Shown: piece by piece, positions 30,000 through 40,760 of the stretch
Layout: every line of letters starts with the position of its first letter
Position numbering within the stretch: position 1 is the stretch's first letter
Assembly: GCA_977020255.1 (NCBI GenBank)
Contig: CDROCS010006636.1
Coordinates: 1-64,000, forward strand
Reading direction: 5' to 3'
DNA length: 64,000 nucleotides
DNA from: Obrimoposthia wandeli
Taxonomy: Eukaryota
Position numbers and translations under genes: made by a program
Notes under the pieces: generated by a model
Told to the model about the DNA's origin: nothing
Databases searched by the model: none
What the model saw: the letters and a program-made list of their open reading frames with translations, nothing else

Positions 30000-30267
30000 T
30001 AGGGTCTGTTGATCTTTCGCGGTTAAATTTTGTTCGAGATAAAAGCGTTTTAGTCGCGGCGAGTAGTGTGTAGCCTAGTCACTCTAAGCAAATACTACTC
30101 AACAAAGAGTAAAACGCTTTTAGCCGAATCCTTCGGACAGCGTTTGTTGGTCATTTTTACGGCGTTATCGCCTTTTTATGTGGAATAACCACATGACAAA
30201 GGCTCTACCTTGTATAAATACCCAACAAATAGCTGCAAAAACAATCTCGAAAGATCAACTGCCCCTA
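30000..30267. mobile_element. 268-bp cloverleaf MITE, family 3
   Basis: TIR TAGGGTCTGTTGATCTTTCG / CGAAAGATCAACTGCCCCTA; arms AAAAGCGTTTTA/TAAAACGCTTTT and TTTGTTGG/CCAACAAA. Confidence 0.85.
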
Positions 30268-30304
30268 GTATTTAATTGAAAGGTAACTGATAGTTAACTA
30301 ATTA

Positions 30305-30949
30305 TTAGCCTAGCGTCGCTTCACTAATAAAGCCTTGCGATATTAAGTAACCAACAATTTGCTCTGCACATTGCTCAACAGATTGCTCTGCCGTTTTTAC
30401 GTGAATTTGCGGCAACGTTGGTACATCGTACGTTGAATCGATACCGGTAAAGTCTTTTATCTCACCTGCTCTCGCTTTTTTGTATAACCCTTTAGGATCG
30501 CGCTGTTCACACACACTGATAGGGGTATCAATAAAGACTTCAATAAACTCTCCATCTTCAAGCTTAGCTTTGGCTAATGCTCTATCACTAGCAAAAGGAG
30601 AAATAAACGCGGTTGAAACAATTAGGCCTGCATCAAGGAATAATTTAGCCACTTCTGAAATACGACGAATGTTTTCAATACGCGCTTCATCACTAAAACC
30701 TAAATCTCCATTCAGACCGTGACGAACATTATCACCATCAAGTAAATAGCTATGACAACCCAATTTAAACAACAACGCATCCACGGCATTAGCTACGGTA
30801 GATTTACCTGAGCCACTTAAACCGGTATACCAAAGCAGTGCTGGTTTTTGCTGTTTTAAATTAGCACGTTGTTCTTTGCTGATTTGTTGATTATGCCACA
30901 CGGTATTTTCTGTTTTCATACTGGCTGTTTTCTCATTGGCTGTTGTCAT
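30305..30949 (-). CDS. cysC: adenylyl-sulfate kinase
   Basis: TGLSGSGKST, LDGDNVRHGL, RDPKGLYKKARAGEI. Confidence 0.97.
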   Translation of the reverse strand: MTTANEKTASMKTENTVWHNQQISKEQRANLKQQKPALLWYTGLSGSGKSTVANAVDALLFKLGCHSYLLDGDNVRHGLNGDLGFSDEARIENIRRISEVAKLFLDAGLIVSTAFISPFASDRALAKAKLEDGEFIEVFIDTPISVCEQRDPKGLYKKARAGEIKDFTGIDSTYDVPTLPQIHVKTAEQSVEQCAEQIVGYLISQGFISEATLG

Positions 30950-31042
30950 GCTAAGTAAGCTCTATATTGGGATGTAATCAAGGCCACTAATTAGATTGCA
31001 TTAAATTAAGCAAAATAATTAACGACTAAGTTAACAGGAAAA

Positions 31043-32770
31043 TTAAAACGGATAAACAATGGGAATAACCAAAATTACCGTTGCGCTATAAATCAGTGAA
31101 ATAGGTAAACCAAAACTGACAAAATCTTTTAATTGGTAATTACCGGCGTTATACACCATGACATTGGTTTGATAACCATAAGGGCTGATAAAGCTACCAC
31201 TTGCAGCAAAAGCTACCGCCATTACAAAGGGCGTTGGGTCTACGCCAAGGCCGAGGGCAATATTATAAGCAATAGGAAAGGCTAATGCTGCTGCAGCGCT
31301 ATTGGTAATCAACTCAGTCATTATCAGCGTTAAAAGAAAGATACTAACAAAAGCGATATAGATATTTTGACCGTGTAAAAATCCTTCAATATTTTGCGCC
31401 AACATAACGGCAATGCCCGTATTTTCAATGGCTGAAGCTAACGTTAATGCACCTAATACAATCATCCAAATTTCTAAGGGAAAACGGCGTTTTATTTCAT
31501 TCACTGAGAGTGAGTCACTGAAAATTAAAAAAGCTAAGTAGATAAATAAGCAGCTAAGTAAAGGCAGTGGCGTAAAAACTGACACTAAAATACTGGTAAT
31601 AAAACCCCATACCGTGGTGTAATCACGCCAACCATTGAGCATATTCTCAGCCTGATGGCCTGATAATATGAAAAAGTTTTTTGACAAATTAGGTCTAGTG
31701 GCAAAATCTTGCCCTACCGCTAACACCAAAAAGTCTCCTGGTTGTAGTACGATATCGCCTAATTTTCCTGATAATGCTCCACCTTCTCGGCGAACCGCAA
31801 CAACAGCTGCATCAAAACGCGCACGAAAGCCGGCTTTTTTTAAGGTTTTTCCTGCGATGGTTGAATCAGCTTTTACTAGTACTTCAGTTAAATTATCACG
31901 TAATAAATCATCTTGCTCTGCATACAAATTCAAACCATCAAACTGCTGTAATGTCAGTACTTTTGATATATCTCCACTAAAAATGAGCTTATCTTGTGCT
32001 TGGAGGCACTCTTCAGGGCAGACAGGTGAAATTAATCGTCCCTGACGTACTATTTCAACGAGAAATAAAGAATCTAAATTTCTCAGGCCATTTTCTTCAA
32101 TACTTTTACCAATTAAAGCAGATGCTGTTGCTACTTCGGCTTCGAGCAAATATTCATTAGTCGCTAAATCATCATCAACTAAGTTAGGTAAAGTGCGGCT
32201 GCGCACTAAGATAACAAATAAACATAAAACAAAAGCCGATAGACCAATTAAGGTAAAATCAAAAAAACCAAAACCTTGATGACCTTGTTTAATCAATAAG
32301 CTGTTTACAATAAGATTGGTAGAAGTGCCCACTAACGTTAGCGTTCCCCCTAAGATAGCGGCAAACGACAAGGGTAATAAAAGCTTACCAGGATTAATGA
32401 GTTTATTTTTTTTCACGGTATTGATGAGCGTTGCTACCACCGCAGTGTTGCTCATAAGCGCTGAAGCCAAAGCAGTACCGAGTAATAATCGTAAGGTCGA
32501 CTTTACTTTTGAGCCGTTAAAAACACCGGCTGATAAGCGTCTTAAAATACTGGTTCGTTCAAATGCAAAAGAACACAATACTAACAAAACCAGGGTAACA
32601 AGACCTGGGTTAACGGCATTCGTTAAAATGTCATCAACGCTGACAAACGACAGTGCCAAACACAACAAGACCGTCACAGAGAAAACCCGCTCTGGTACGT
32701 GGCTGTATTTAACTAAGCTGATAAAAGTGGCAACAAACACACCTATCATCAACCACTGTTCTATTGCCAT
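31043..32770 (-). CDS. SLC13/CitMHS-type permease with TrkA-C domains (putative sulfate transporter)
   Basis: LGGTLTLVGTSTNLIV, two TrkA-C regions, SPYGYQTNVMV. Confidence 0.9.
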   Translation of the reverse strand: MAIEQWLMIGVFVATFISLVKYSHVPERVFSVTVLLCLALSFVSVDDILTNAVNPGLVTLVLLVLCSFAFERTSILRRLSAGVFNGSKVKSTLRLLLGTALASALMSNTAVVATLINTVKKNKLINPGKLLLPLSFAAILGGTLTLVGTSTNLIVNSLLIKQGHQGFGFFDFTLIGLSAFVLCLFVILVRSRTLPNLVDDDLATNEYLLEAEVATASALIGKSIEENGLRNLDSLFLVEIVRQGRLISPVCPEECLQAQDKLIFSGDISKVLTLQQFDGLNLYAEQDDLLRDNLTEVLVKADSTIAGKTLKKAGFRARFDAAVVAVRREGGALSGKLGDIVLQPGDFLVLAVGQDFATRPNLSKNFFILSGHQAENMLNGWRDYTTVWGFITSILVSVFTPLPLLSCLFIYLAFLIFSDSLSVNEIKRRFPLEIWMIVLGALTLASAIENTGIAVMLAQNIEGFLHGQNIYIAFVSIFLLTLIMTELITNSAAAALAFPIAYNIALGLGVDPTPFVMAVAFAASGSFISPYGYQTNVMVYNAGNYQLKDFVSFGLPISLIYSATVILVIPIVYPF

Positions 32771-32928
32771 TTAGTTTCCTTATTCTCAAAAAAAGACGCC
32801 ACAAACACTATTACCAAAAGGTATAAAGAGTTTATGGCGGTATTTGTGCTGTAAAAGGTAGCGCGACATTATATCGCGCTAAATTGATACTATTACTCAG
32901 TACTTTATTAAGTATTTTACTTAATACG

Positions 32929-34326
32929 CTACTTCGTAATGTCGCGAGCACCCCAGTGTGGGAACTGCTTGCGAACTAATGCATTCAACTCTAATTCAAA
33001 CGCTGAGTACTCATGTGTTTTCTCATCGATAGCATGATTTATCATGCCCGCACCAACGGTAACATTACTTAATCTGTCGATGATAATGAAAGCGCCCGTG
33101 CCTTGATTATCTTCATAAGCGTCAAAATGTAAGGTTTCGCCAGCAACAAAGTTAACGATACCGATATCGTTAACCGCTAGCTGTGAGCTAGGTAAACTTT
33201 CCATGGTGTTAACGTCATACTTGCTAACAATGCTTTGCGCATGACCTGTGGTCATTTTGCTGCCGTGTTTGATAAAGTACTCACGACCCGGCTCAAGTTC
33301 ATTCTCATGCATCCATACTACGGTTGCATTAAGCTCTTTCGCTGAAATAGGTAAACAACCCTTTTTAACGATGATTTCGCCACGGCTGATATCAATTTCA
33401 TCTTCAAGCGTTATCGTTACCGCCATACCTTTATCAGCACGCCTTAAATTACCATCAAAAGTGACTATTTCTTTAACAACACTTTCTTTACCCGATGGCA
33501 AAGCAACAATGGTATCGCCAACCAATACATGGCCTGAAGATATAGTGCCGGCAAAACCACGGAAATCTAAATTAGGGCGATTAACATATTGCACTTGAAA
33601 ACGTAGTTGTGTACCCTTCTTGCTTCTTCACGTCAATAGTATTTAGGAGCTTCATTAATGTAGCGCCTGATACTACAGCGTTTACGCTTTCTGTCTACCA
33701 CGTTATCGCCATTAAGCGCTGACAGAGGTAATAAAACGTACATCACTAAACGTTAACGATTCGGCAAATTCACGGTATTCTTTTGATTTCTTGCAGCGCT
33801 CGCGAGTAATCAACCAAATCCATTTTATTCACGGCAACAACAATATGTTTGATACCCAATAATGAACAAATAAACGAATGACGACGTGTTTGAACTTGCA
33901 CACCATAACGCGCATCAATCAAAATAATAGCGATATCACAGGTAGATGCACCCGTTGCCATATTACGAGTATATTGCTCATGCCCTGGAGTGTCTGCAAT
34001 AATAAATTTACGTTTGTCGGTTGAGTGTGCTAACGATAAGCAACATCATTAGTGATGCCTTTTGCTCACGTTCAGACTGTAAAACCATCAACAAGCAGTG
34101 CTAAATCGATAGCCTCACCTGTTGTACCTGATTTTTTTGAATCTTTTTCAATCGCAGCAAGTTGATCTTCAAAAATCATCTTTGAGTCATGTAATAAACG
34201 ACCAATTAAAGTGCTTTTACCATCATCTACGCTACCACAGGTTAAAAATCTTACTAATTCTTTGTTTTCATGTTGCTTTAAATAAGCTTGAATATCGTCT
34301 TCAATTAACTCTGACTGGTGACTCAT
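32929..34326 (-). pseudogene. cysN: sulfate adenylyltransferase subunit 1, broken into three ORFs (probably sequence errors)
   Basis: [51 protein letters not shown]. Confidence 0.92.
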
Positions 34327-34382
34327 AAGGTTTTCCTTGCAAAAATTTTCATCAATAAAATGCTATAAAGTAAAGTTGGGGC

Positions 34383-35282
34383 TTAGAAGTAGCCTTCCAT
34401 CTTTTTCTTTTCCATCGAACCAGCGCTATCGTGATCTATCACGCGCCCTTGACGTTCAGAGGTTTTCGTTAATAACATTTCTTGAATAATTTCAGGTAAG
34501 GTATTCGCCGTTGACTCAACCGCGCCCGTTAATGGATAACAGCCTAAGGTTCTAAAGCGTACACTCTTCATTTGTACTTCTTCATCTTCACCAATAGGCA
34601 TACGATCATCATCAACCATAATTAACGTACCATCACGCTCAACTACAGGACGTTTTTCTGCAAGATAAAGCGGTACAATTGGAATACCTTCTAAATAGAT
34701 ATATTGCCAAATATCAAGTTCTGTCCAGTTAGACAATGGGAAAACACGGATGCTTTCGCCCTTTTGTACTTTGCCATTATAGATATTCCACAATTCAGGA
34801 CGCTGATTTTTCGGGTCCCAACGGTGGTTTTCGTCACGGAAAGAATATACGCGTTCTTTCGCACGAGATTTTTCTTCATCACGACGTGCGCCACCAAAAG
34901 CAGCATCAAAACCGTATTTGTTTAACGCTTGTTTTAAACCTTGGGTTTTCATCACATCAGTATGCGTAGCACTACCATGAGTGAACGGACCCATACCCAT
35001 TTCAATGCCTTCTGGATTTTTATGTACTAGCAACTCAAAATCGTAGTCTTTAGCCATTTGATCACGAAAGGCAATCATCTCTTTAAATTTCCAATCCGTA
35101 TCAACATGCAATAACGGAAAAGGTATTTTACCTGGAGCGAAGGCTTTGCGAGCTAAATGTAGTAATACAGCCGAGTCTTTGCCGACAGAATACAACATCA
35201 CGGGATTATCAAATTCAGCCGCTACCTCACGAAAAATATGGATAGATTCAGCTTCAAGTGTTTTTAAATGGGTTAAATTCAT
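34383..35282 (-). CDS. cysD: sulfate adenylyltransferase subunit 2
   Basis: [36 protein letters not shown]. Confidence 0.98.
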   Translation of the reverse strand: MNLTHLKTLEAESIHIFREVAAEFDNPVMLYSVGKDSAVLLHLARKAFAPGKIPFPLLHVDTDWKFKEMIAFRDQMAKDYDFELLVHKNPEGIEMGMGPFTHGSATHTDVMKTQGLKQALNKYGFDAAFGGARRDEEKSRAKERVYSFRDENHRWDPKNQRPELWNIYNGKVQKGESIRVFPLSNWTELDIWQYIYLEGIPIVPLYLAEKRPVVERDGTLIMVDDDRMPIGEDEEVQMKSVRFRTLGCYPLTGAVESTANTLPEIIQEMLLTKTSERQGRVIDHDSAGSMEKKKMEGYF

Positions 35283-35462
35283 TGCTAATACAAACTTTAT
35301 GAAAAATTAATAAGCTTATAATGCCATAAATAGATATATTTTCCATATAAGAAACGTATTCGATATAACCAAAAGTAATATAGAGCCCTAAAGCTAATAT
35401 AATTATTGTGATATTACCGCTACATTTTATGAAAGATTATACTAAAAAATGCAAAATTAAAA

Positions 35463-35487
35463 AAAAGTCAGCATTACGCTGACTTTT
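35463..35487 (-). terminator. intrinsic terminator after comEA
   Basis: AAAAGTCAGC-ATTAC-GCTGACTTTT, with an A-run giving a U-tail on the minus strand. Confidence 0.75.
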
Positions 35488-35515
35488 AAATAATGGATCT
35501 GAGCTTATACCAAGC

Positions 35516-35854
35516 CTAAATACTTAACCTCGCCTTATTTTCACTAACAATCTTTTCACCAATACCACTAACATTAGTTAGCTCATTGACCGATTTGAAG
35601 GCACCAACTTGTTGGCGATAAACAATAATGGCTTGAGCTTTAGTATGCCCGACGCCCTTTAATGTGACCAACTGTTCAAATGTTGATTTATTCAAGTTAA
35701 CAACTTGCTGTTTTACTGATTGCTCACTTTGTCCTTGTGCAGCCTGAGTAACATTGGTCTCTTTAGCAAGACCGAATGAAGAGTTAACAAGTAAAATAAT
35801 GCCTAAAGTTAAGGCTGAAAGGGTTTTGTTGAGGTGTTTTGGCTGAATATTCAT
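35516..35854 (-). CDS. comEA: ComEA helix-hairpin-helix DNA-binding protein
   Basis: Signal peptide; VNLN...LKGVGHTKAQAI...FKSVNEL..VSGIG. Confidence 0.92.
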   Translation of the reverse strand: MNIQPKHLNKTLSALTLGIILLVNSSFGLAKETNVTQAAQGQSEQSVKQQVVNLNKSTFEQLVTLKGVGHTKAQAIIVYRQQVGAFKSVNELTNVSGIGEKIVSENKARLSI

Positions 35855-36057
35855 CTTTAATTCCTTGTAAAGTTATCCATTAAAAAAGCAACTGAATAGC
35901 GTCTAATAAAAAACCTAGTAGCAACTGAACAGTCATTACTAGGTTTAGATCGATAACTCGCTTTTGTCAAAATACACTTTAAACATTCAAATTATTATTG
36001 GCTGGTTCGCTACAAGCTAATAATGATTATCTTATGCTAAGTTATTGTTAGACTATT

Positions 36058-36582
36058 TTATTTCCAAACGATCTTAGCCAGTTGCTGTTCACCTTCGGCC
36101 AAGTTCATTTTGATAATTTTATTATTTTCACCAATGGTGATCAAACGAGGAATACCACCCGAAGCAAAGCGTCTATATATACTACGGTCATTATCAACCG
36201 CTAATGCGACCTTAATACCACGCTTATCACGCCAAGCCGTAACCGTCTCAATATCTTCTTCTCGAGCAATAGCAATGACTTCAATATCTTCCATTTCGAG
36301 TAAAGGGGAACTATTTAACGCTTTAAGTAAACGATTAGAATCATGACACCAAGTGGCAAACAAAATAACCAATTTACGTTTTCCTAATTGCTGTAAATCC
36401 AGTTCTTCACCGTCAATAGTGGTAATAGTTTCAATGGGTAATAAGTCGCCCGAATTCACATATTCATCATGTACTATAGCTTGCGATTGGTTCAATGGCA
36501 TAGCCTGACAAGCAGACAAAACAATCGTTAAACTAACGATAAAAAATAACCGTTTTAATTTACTCTCAGTGGTTTTAACCAT
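36058..36582 (-). CDS. TlpA/ResA-like thioredoxin-fold lipoprotein (CxxS)
   Basis: Lipobox LSAC; FATWCHDS; GIPRL. Confidence 0.85.
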   Translation of the reverse strand: MVKTTESKLKRLFFIVSLTIVLSACQAMPLNQSQAIVHDEYVNSGDLLPIETITTIDGEELDLQQLGKRKLVILFATWCHDSNRLLKALNSSPLLEMEDIEVIAIAREEDIETVTAWRDKRGIKVALAVDNDRSIYRRFASGGIPRLITIGENNKIIKMNLAEGEQQLAKIVWK

Positions 36583-36789
36583 GAAAAATATCCCTAAATA
36601 AATTGAATTTTGTTAACAAACCTGAACTTTGTTTAATACTTTAACTATCCAATAAACAGAGTTCAGGTTAACTACCTAGTATTTAACCCTAAATTCAACT
36701 ATTTTCCAACAAACAAAACAAAAATACGTATCTACTAGCGCTTTGCTCATAGCTTAATTAGAATAGCTGTCATTATTATTATTGTCTGT

Positions 36790-37055
36790 CATATCAATCA
36801 GATTAAATAAGTGATCACTTAGCGAGAATTAAAAGGCTTAGAGGCAGGCATTGATTGAAGAGAATGGTTATTCCCTTGTCAAGATCGATAACGCCGCATG
36901 TAAGCCTTTTTAAACTCGCCCTTCGGGAGCTCATTAGCAAACTGATAACATCACAAAATGAATAAAATATAGAATGACTATGTTTAACCCATTTTATTTG
37001 TTCTAAGCTCGCTAATGTAGCTCTAAGTTGGTCAGTTAATTAATACGATTGGTAT
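36790..37055. mobile_element. 266-bp cloverleaf MITE, family 2
   Basis: TIR ATATCAATCAGATTAAATAAGTGATC / GGTCAGTTAATTAATACGATTGGTAT; arms AAAAGGCTTA/TAAGCCTTTT and GAGCTCATTAGC/GCTAATGTAGCTC. Confidence 0.85.
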
Positions 37056-37073
37056 CATTAGTGTAAGGAAATC

Positions 37074-40000
37074 ATGAGCAAAGCAAGCAGCCTGTTAACC
37101 CCGGTATTGGCCAAGCGCCGTGGCAAAAATCCCGATAAGAAGAGTTGGCATAATTTACATGGCAGCAGCAGCAGTTTTGCCCTTTATCAAGCAGCGAAAA
37201 CAGCGAAAACGCCTATATTATTGATCACCAGTAATACTCCCCAGGCGCTTAAAATTGAGCAAGAGTTACTCAGTTTAGCTAAGAGTGATAGCCAAAATAA
37301 GGCTAATATCTGCTTGTTTCCTGATTGGGAAACATTACCGTACGATAATTTTTCACCTCACCAAGATATTATCTCTCAGCGCCTTGCTACCTTGTACCAA
37401 TTATCACGTATGGACTCTGGCATTATTATTGTGCCGGTAACCACCCTAGTACAAAAGCTTGCTCCTAAACAATACATTGAAGCAAACAGCTTAATAATAA
37501 AACAAGGTGATAAGAGAGATTTACATCAAATGCGACAAGCCCTAGAAGCAAGTGGCTATCGTAATGTTGATCAAGTATTAGAACATGGAGAGTTTTCTGC
37601 TCGAGGCGCTATTTTAGATCTTTTCCCTATGGGAAGTAATAAGCCATTTCGTTTAGATTTCTTTGATGATGAAATTGATGAAATTAGACTCTTTGATACT
37701 GAGAGTCAGCGTTCAAAAGAGAAAATTGAGGAAATTAATTTACTGCCCGCGCACGAATTTCCCATAGATGAAGCAGGTATCAACTTATTTCGTAGTCAAT
37801 TTCGTGAACAATTTCAGGGCAATATTCATAAAGAGTCTGTTTATCACCAAGTCAGTAATGGTATTTTACCGCCTGGTATCGAGTATTACCTCCCCCTGTT
37901 TTTTGATAACAAACAGGACAGTGAAAAAGAAGGTGTAATACTTAGCAATACTCTTTGTGATTATTTAACTGATAATACTCTGGTCGTTATTAGCGGTGAT
38001 ATTGAACACTCTTTAACGCAATACTGGCTTGATATAGAGTATCGTTATGAAAATAGACGTTACGACCCTACTCGGCCTTTATTACCGCCAGAACAGCTAT
38101 TTTTAACCGCTGATACGCTTTATAGCGCGTTAAAGCCGTTTGATCGTATCACCATTGCCAAGCAAACCTCAACAGAGCAGAGCCAAACGCAAAGTGATAT
38201 CAATCAAACTGGTGAAGATGTTCTTATCACAGAGAATATTGATGAAAGTGTTGAGGTAAAAAGCAAAAGCAGTGAAATATGTTTTGATGTTAAACCGCTA
38301 CCTGATTTAACCATCAACCATAAATTGAAGCAGCCGTTCGAATTAATCAATCAATTCATCCTCAGCAAAGAAACCCCCAACAAAGTACTTTTTATCGCGC
38401 AAAGCCAAGGTCGCCGAGAAAGTGTGCTTGAGTTGCTCGAACGTGACAATATTAAACCTGCTCAGTTTGATAACATCGATGACTTTATCAATGCAACGGA
38501 TACCATTGGTATTACCGTAAATAGCTTAACTCAAGGATTTGCTTTTCAAGCAAAAGGTAATAGCCAGAAAAATGCGATTGCACTGGTTACTGAAGCCGAG
38601 TTATTGGGTGATCATGTATCTCAAGCCAGACGACGTACCAAAGCGCAAGATTTACAAGCTGATGCCTTATTTAAAAACCTTGCTGAGTTAACCATTGGCC
38701 AACCAGTTGTTCACATAGAGCATGGTATTGGACGATATTTAGGTCTGCAAACGATTGAAAATGGCGGCATAGTTACCGAATTCCTCGTGCTTAGTTACGC
38801 GAACGAAGCCAAACTTTATGTACCAGTAAGCTCTTTACACTTAATAGGTCGATATTCTGGCGCTGATAGTGACCATGCCCCACTGCATAAGTTGGGTAAT
38901 GATACTTGGAGTAAAGCCAAGCAAAAAGCGGCAGAGAAAGTCCGTGACGTTGCCGCCGAATTACTTGATATTTACGCAAAACGTGCAAGTAATCATGGTT
39001 ATAGTTTCAAACGTGACAAACAAGACTACCAAGCTTTTAGTGACAGTTTTGGTTTTGAAGAAACCTTCGACCAAAAACAAGCAATTAATGCCGTAGTAAG
39101 CGACATGTTATCGCCTAAAACCATGGACAGACTTGTCTGTGGTGATGTTGGTTTTGGTAAAACTGAAGTCGCTATGCGTGCTGCTTTTGTGGCGGTAAAT
39201 GATGGCAAACAAGTCGCAATACTTGTCCCCACAACATTACTGGCTCAACAACATTATGAAAACTTTAGAGATAGATTTGCCAACTGGCCGGTAGTCACTG
39301 AAGTATTATCACGATTTAAAACACCTAAAGAACAAAAAGAAGTCATTGCTAGAGTTGAGTCTGGTCAAGTCGACATTCTTATCGGCACCCATAAGTTACT
39401 GCAAAACAGTATAAAATATAAAGATCTTGGCTTATTGGTTGTTGATGAAGAACACCGATTTGGTGTTAAACAAAAAGAAAAAATCAAACAACTACGCAGT
39501 AACGTTGATATTTTAACGCTAACGGCAACCCCTATTCCACGTACCTTAAATATGGCCATGGGCGGTATGCGTGATTTATCTATTATTGCCACTCCGCCTG
39601 CAAAACGCTTAGCGGTAAAAACCTTTGTTCGCGAACACGATGAAGCCTTGATCAGAGAAGCTATTTTACGTGAAACCTTACGTGGTGGTCAGGTCTATTA
39701 CTTACATAACCATGTTGATACTATTGATAAAACAGCCGCAGACATTCAAAAATTAGTACCTGAGGCGCGTGTCGTTACCGCCCATGGACAAATGCGTGAG
39801 CGTGAGCTTGAGCGCATCATGAGTGATTTTTATCATCAACGCTTTAACGTCATTGTTTGTACTACCATTATTGAAACGGGTATCGATGTACCCAGTGCCA
39901 ATACGATCATAATGGACAGAGCAGACCATCTTGGTTTGGCACAATTACACCAACTGCGTGGCCGAGTAGGTCGTTCGCATCATCAAGCTTATGCTTACCT

Positions 40001-40694
40001 ATTAACGCCACATGAAAAACGTATCACTAAAGATGCTAAAAAACGATTAGAAGCTATCGCCTCATTGGAAGATTTAGGCGCAGGTTTTACTTTAGCGACC
40101 CACGATCTGGAAATTCGTGGCGCGGGTGAGTTATTAGGTGAAGACCAAAGTGGTTCAATGTGCCAAGTTGGCTTTAGTTTGTATATGGAAATGCTAGATC
40201 AAGCTGTTGCAGCACTAAAAGAAGGTAAACAACTCTCATTAGACCAAGTAATGTCTACGCAGACTGAGATAGAGTTACGTGTACCTGCGCTGCTACCTGA
40301 TGATTACATTTTTGACGTTAGCTTACGCTTAAGTTTATATAAACGTATTGCCAGCTGTAAAAACAAAAATGAGTTAGATGATATTCAAGTGGAGCTCATT
40401 GACCGTTTTGGCTTACTTCCTCAACCAAGTAAAAATTTAGTTCAAATTGCTAAGCTACGTCTTAAAGCACAGACTATTGGTATTTCACGAATTGAGGCGA
40501 GTGCTACTGGCGGTTCCATTGAATTTAGTAATGACACTAGCGTTGACCCTATGCTAATTATTGGCTTAATTCAAAAAAATCCAGCTGTGTATAGCATGGC
40601 TGGAGCGAGTAAGTTGAAGTTTGTAAAAGCCAACGATGATACTCAAAAACGCTTTACCTTAATTTCTAATATCTTAAATGACTTAGCAAAATAA
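37074..40694 (+). CDS. mfd: transcription-repair coupling factor
   Basis: FPDWETLPYD, CGDVGFGKT, DEEHRFG, TATPIPRT, TRCF C-terminal domain. Confidence 0.98.
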   Translation: MSKASSLLTPVLAKRRGKNPDKKSWHNLHGSSSSFALYQAAKTAKTPILLITSNTPQALKIEQELLSLAKSDSQNKANICLFPDWETLPYDNFSPHQDIISQRLATLYQLSRMDSGIIIVPVTTLVQKLAPKQYIEANSLIIKQGDKRDLHQMRQALEASGYRNVDQVLEHGEFSARGAILDLFPMGSNKPFRLDFFDDEIDEIRLFDTESQRSKEKIEEINLLPAHEFPIDEAGINLFRSQFREQFQGNIHKESVYHQVSNGILPPGIEYYLPLFFDNKQDSEKEGVILSNTLCDYLTDNTLVVISGDIEHSLTQYWLDIEYRYENRRYDPTRPLLPPEQLFLTADTLYSALKPFDRITIAKQTSTEQSQTQSDINQTGEDVLITENIDESVEVKSKSSEICFDVKPLPDLTINHKLKQPFELINQFILSKETPNKVLFIAQSQGRRESVLELLERDNIKPAQFDNIDDFINATDTIGITVNSLTQGFAFQAKGNSQKNAIALVTEAELLGDHVSQARRRTKAQDLQADALFKNLAELTIGQPVVHIEHGIGRYLGLQTIENGGIVTEFLVLSYANEAKLYVPVSSLHLIGRYSGADSDHAPLHKLGNDTWSKAKQKAAEKVRDVAAELLDIYAKRASNHGYSFKRDKQDYQAFSDSFGFEETFDQKQAINAVVSDMLSPKTMDRLVCGDVGFGKTEVAMRAAFVAVNDGKQVAILVPTTLLAQQHYENFRDRFANWPVVTEVLSRFKTPKEQKEVIARVESGQVDILIGTHKLLQNSIKYKDLGLLVVDEEHRFGVKQKEKIKQLRSNVDILTLTATPIPRTLNMAMGGMRDLSIIATPPAKRLAVKTFVREHDEALIREAILRETLRGGQVYYLHNHVDTIDKTAADIQKLVPEARVVTAHGQMRERELERIMSDFYHQRFNVIVCTTIIETGIDVPSANTIIMDRADHLGLAQLHQLRGRVGRSHHQAYAYLLTPHEKRITKDAKKRLEAIASLEDLGAGFTLATHDLEIRGAGELLGEDQSGSMCQVGFSLYMEMLDQAVAALKEGKQLSLDQVMSTQTEIELRVPALLPDDYIFDVSLRLSLYKRIASCKNKNELDDIQVELIDRFGLLPQPSKNLVQIAKLRLKAQTIGISRIEASATGGSIEFSNDTSVDPMLIIGLIQKNPAVYSMAGASKLKFVKANDDTQKRFTLISNILNDLAK

Positions 40695-40699
40695 TGACC

Positions 40700-40760
40700 T
40701 ATATTCTCGTTACCAAACAAGATGCATGTTTTTAGCGTGCTTTGAGTGGTAACGGGTATA
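40700..40760. mobile_element. 61-bp mini ERIC-like element
   Basis: TATATTCTCGTTACCAAACAAGATGCATG...TTGAGTGGTAACGGGTATA; followed by the hairpin CTTGAGCAA..TTGCTCAAG (40769-40809). Confidence 0.8.
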
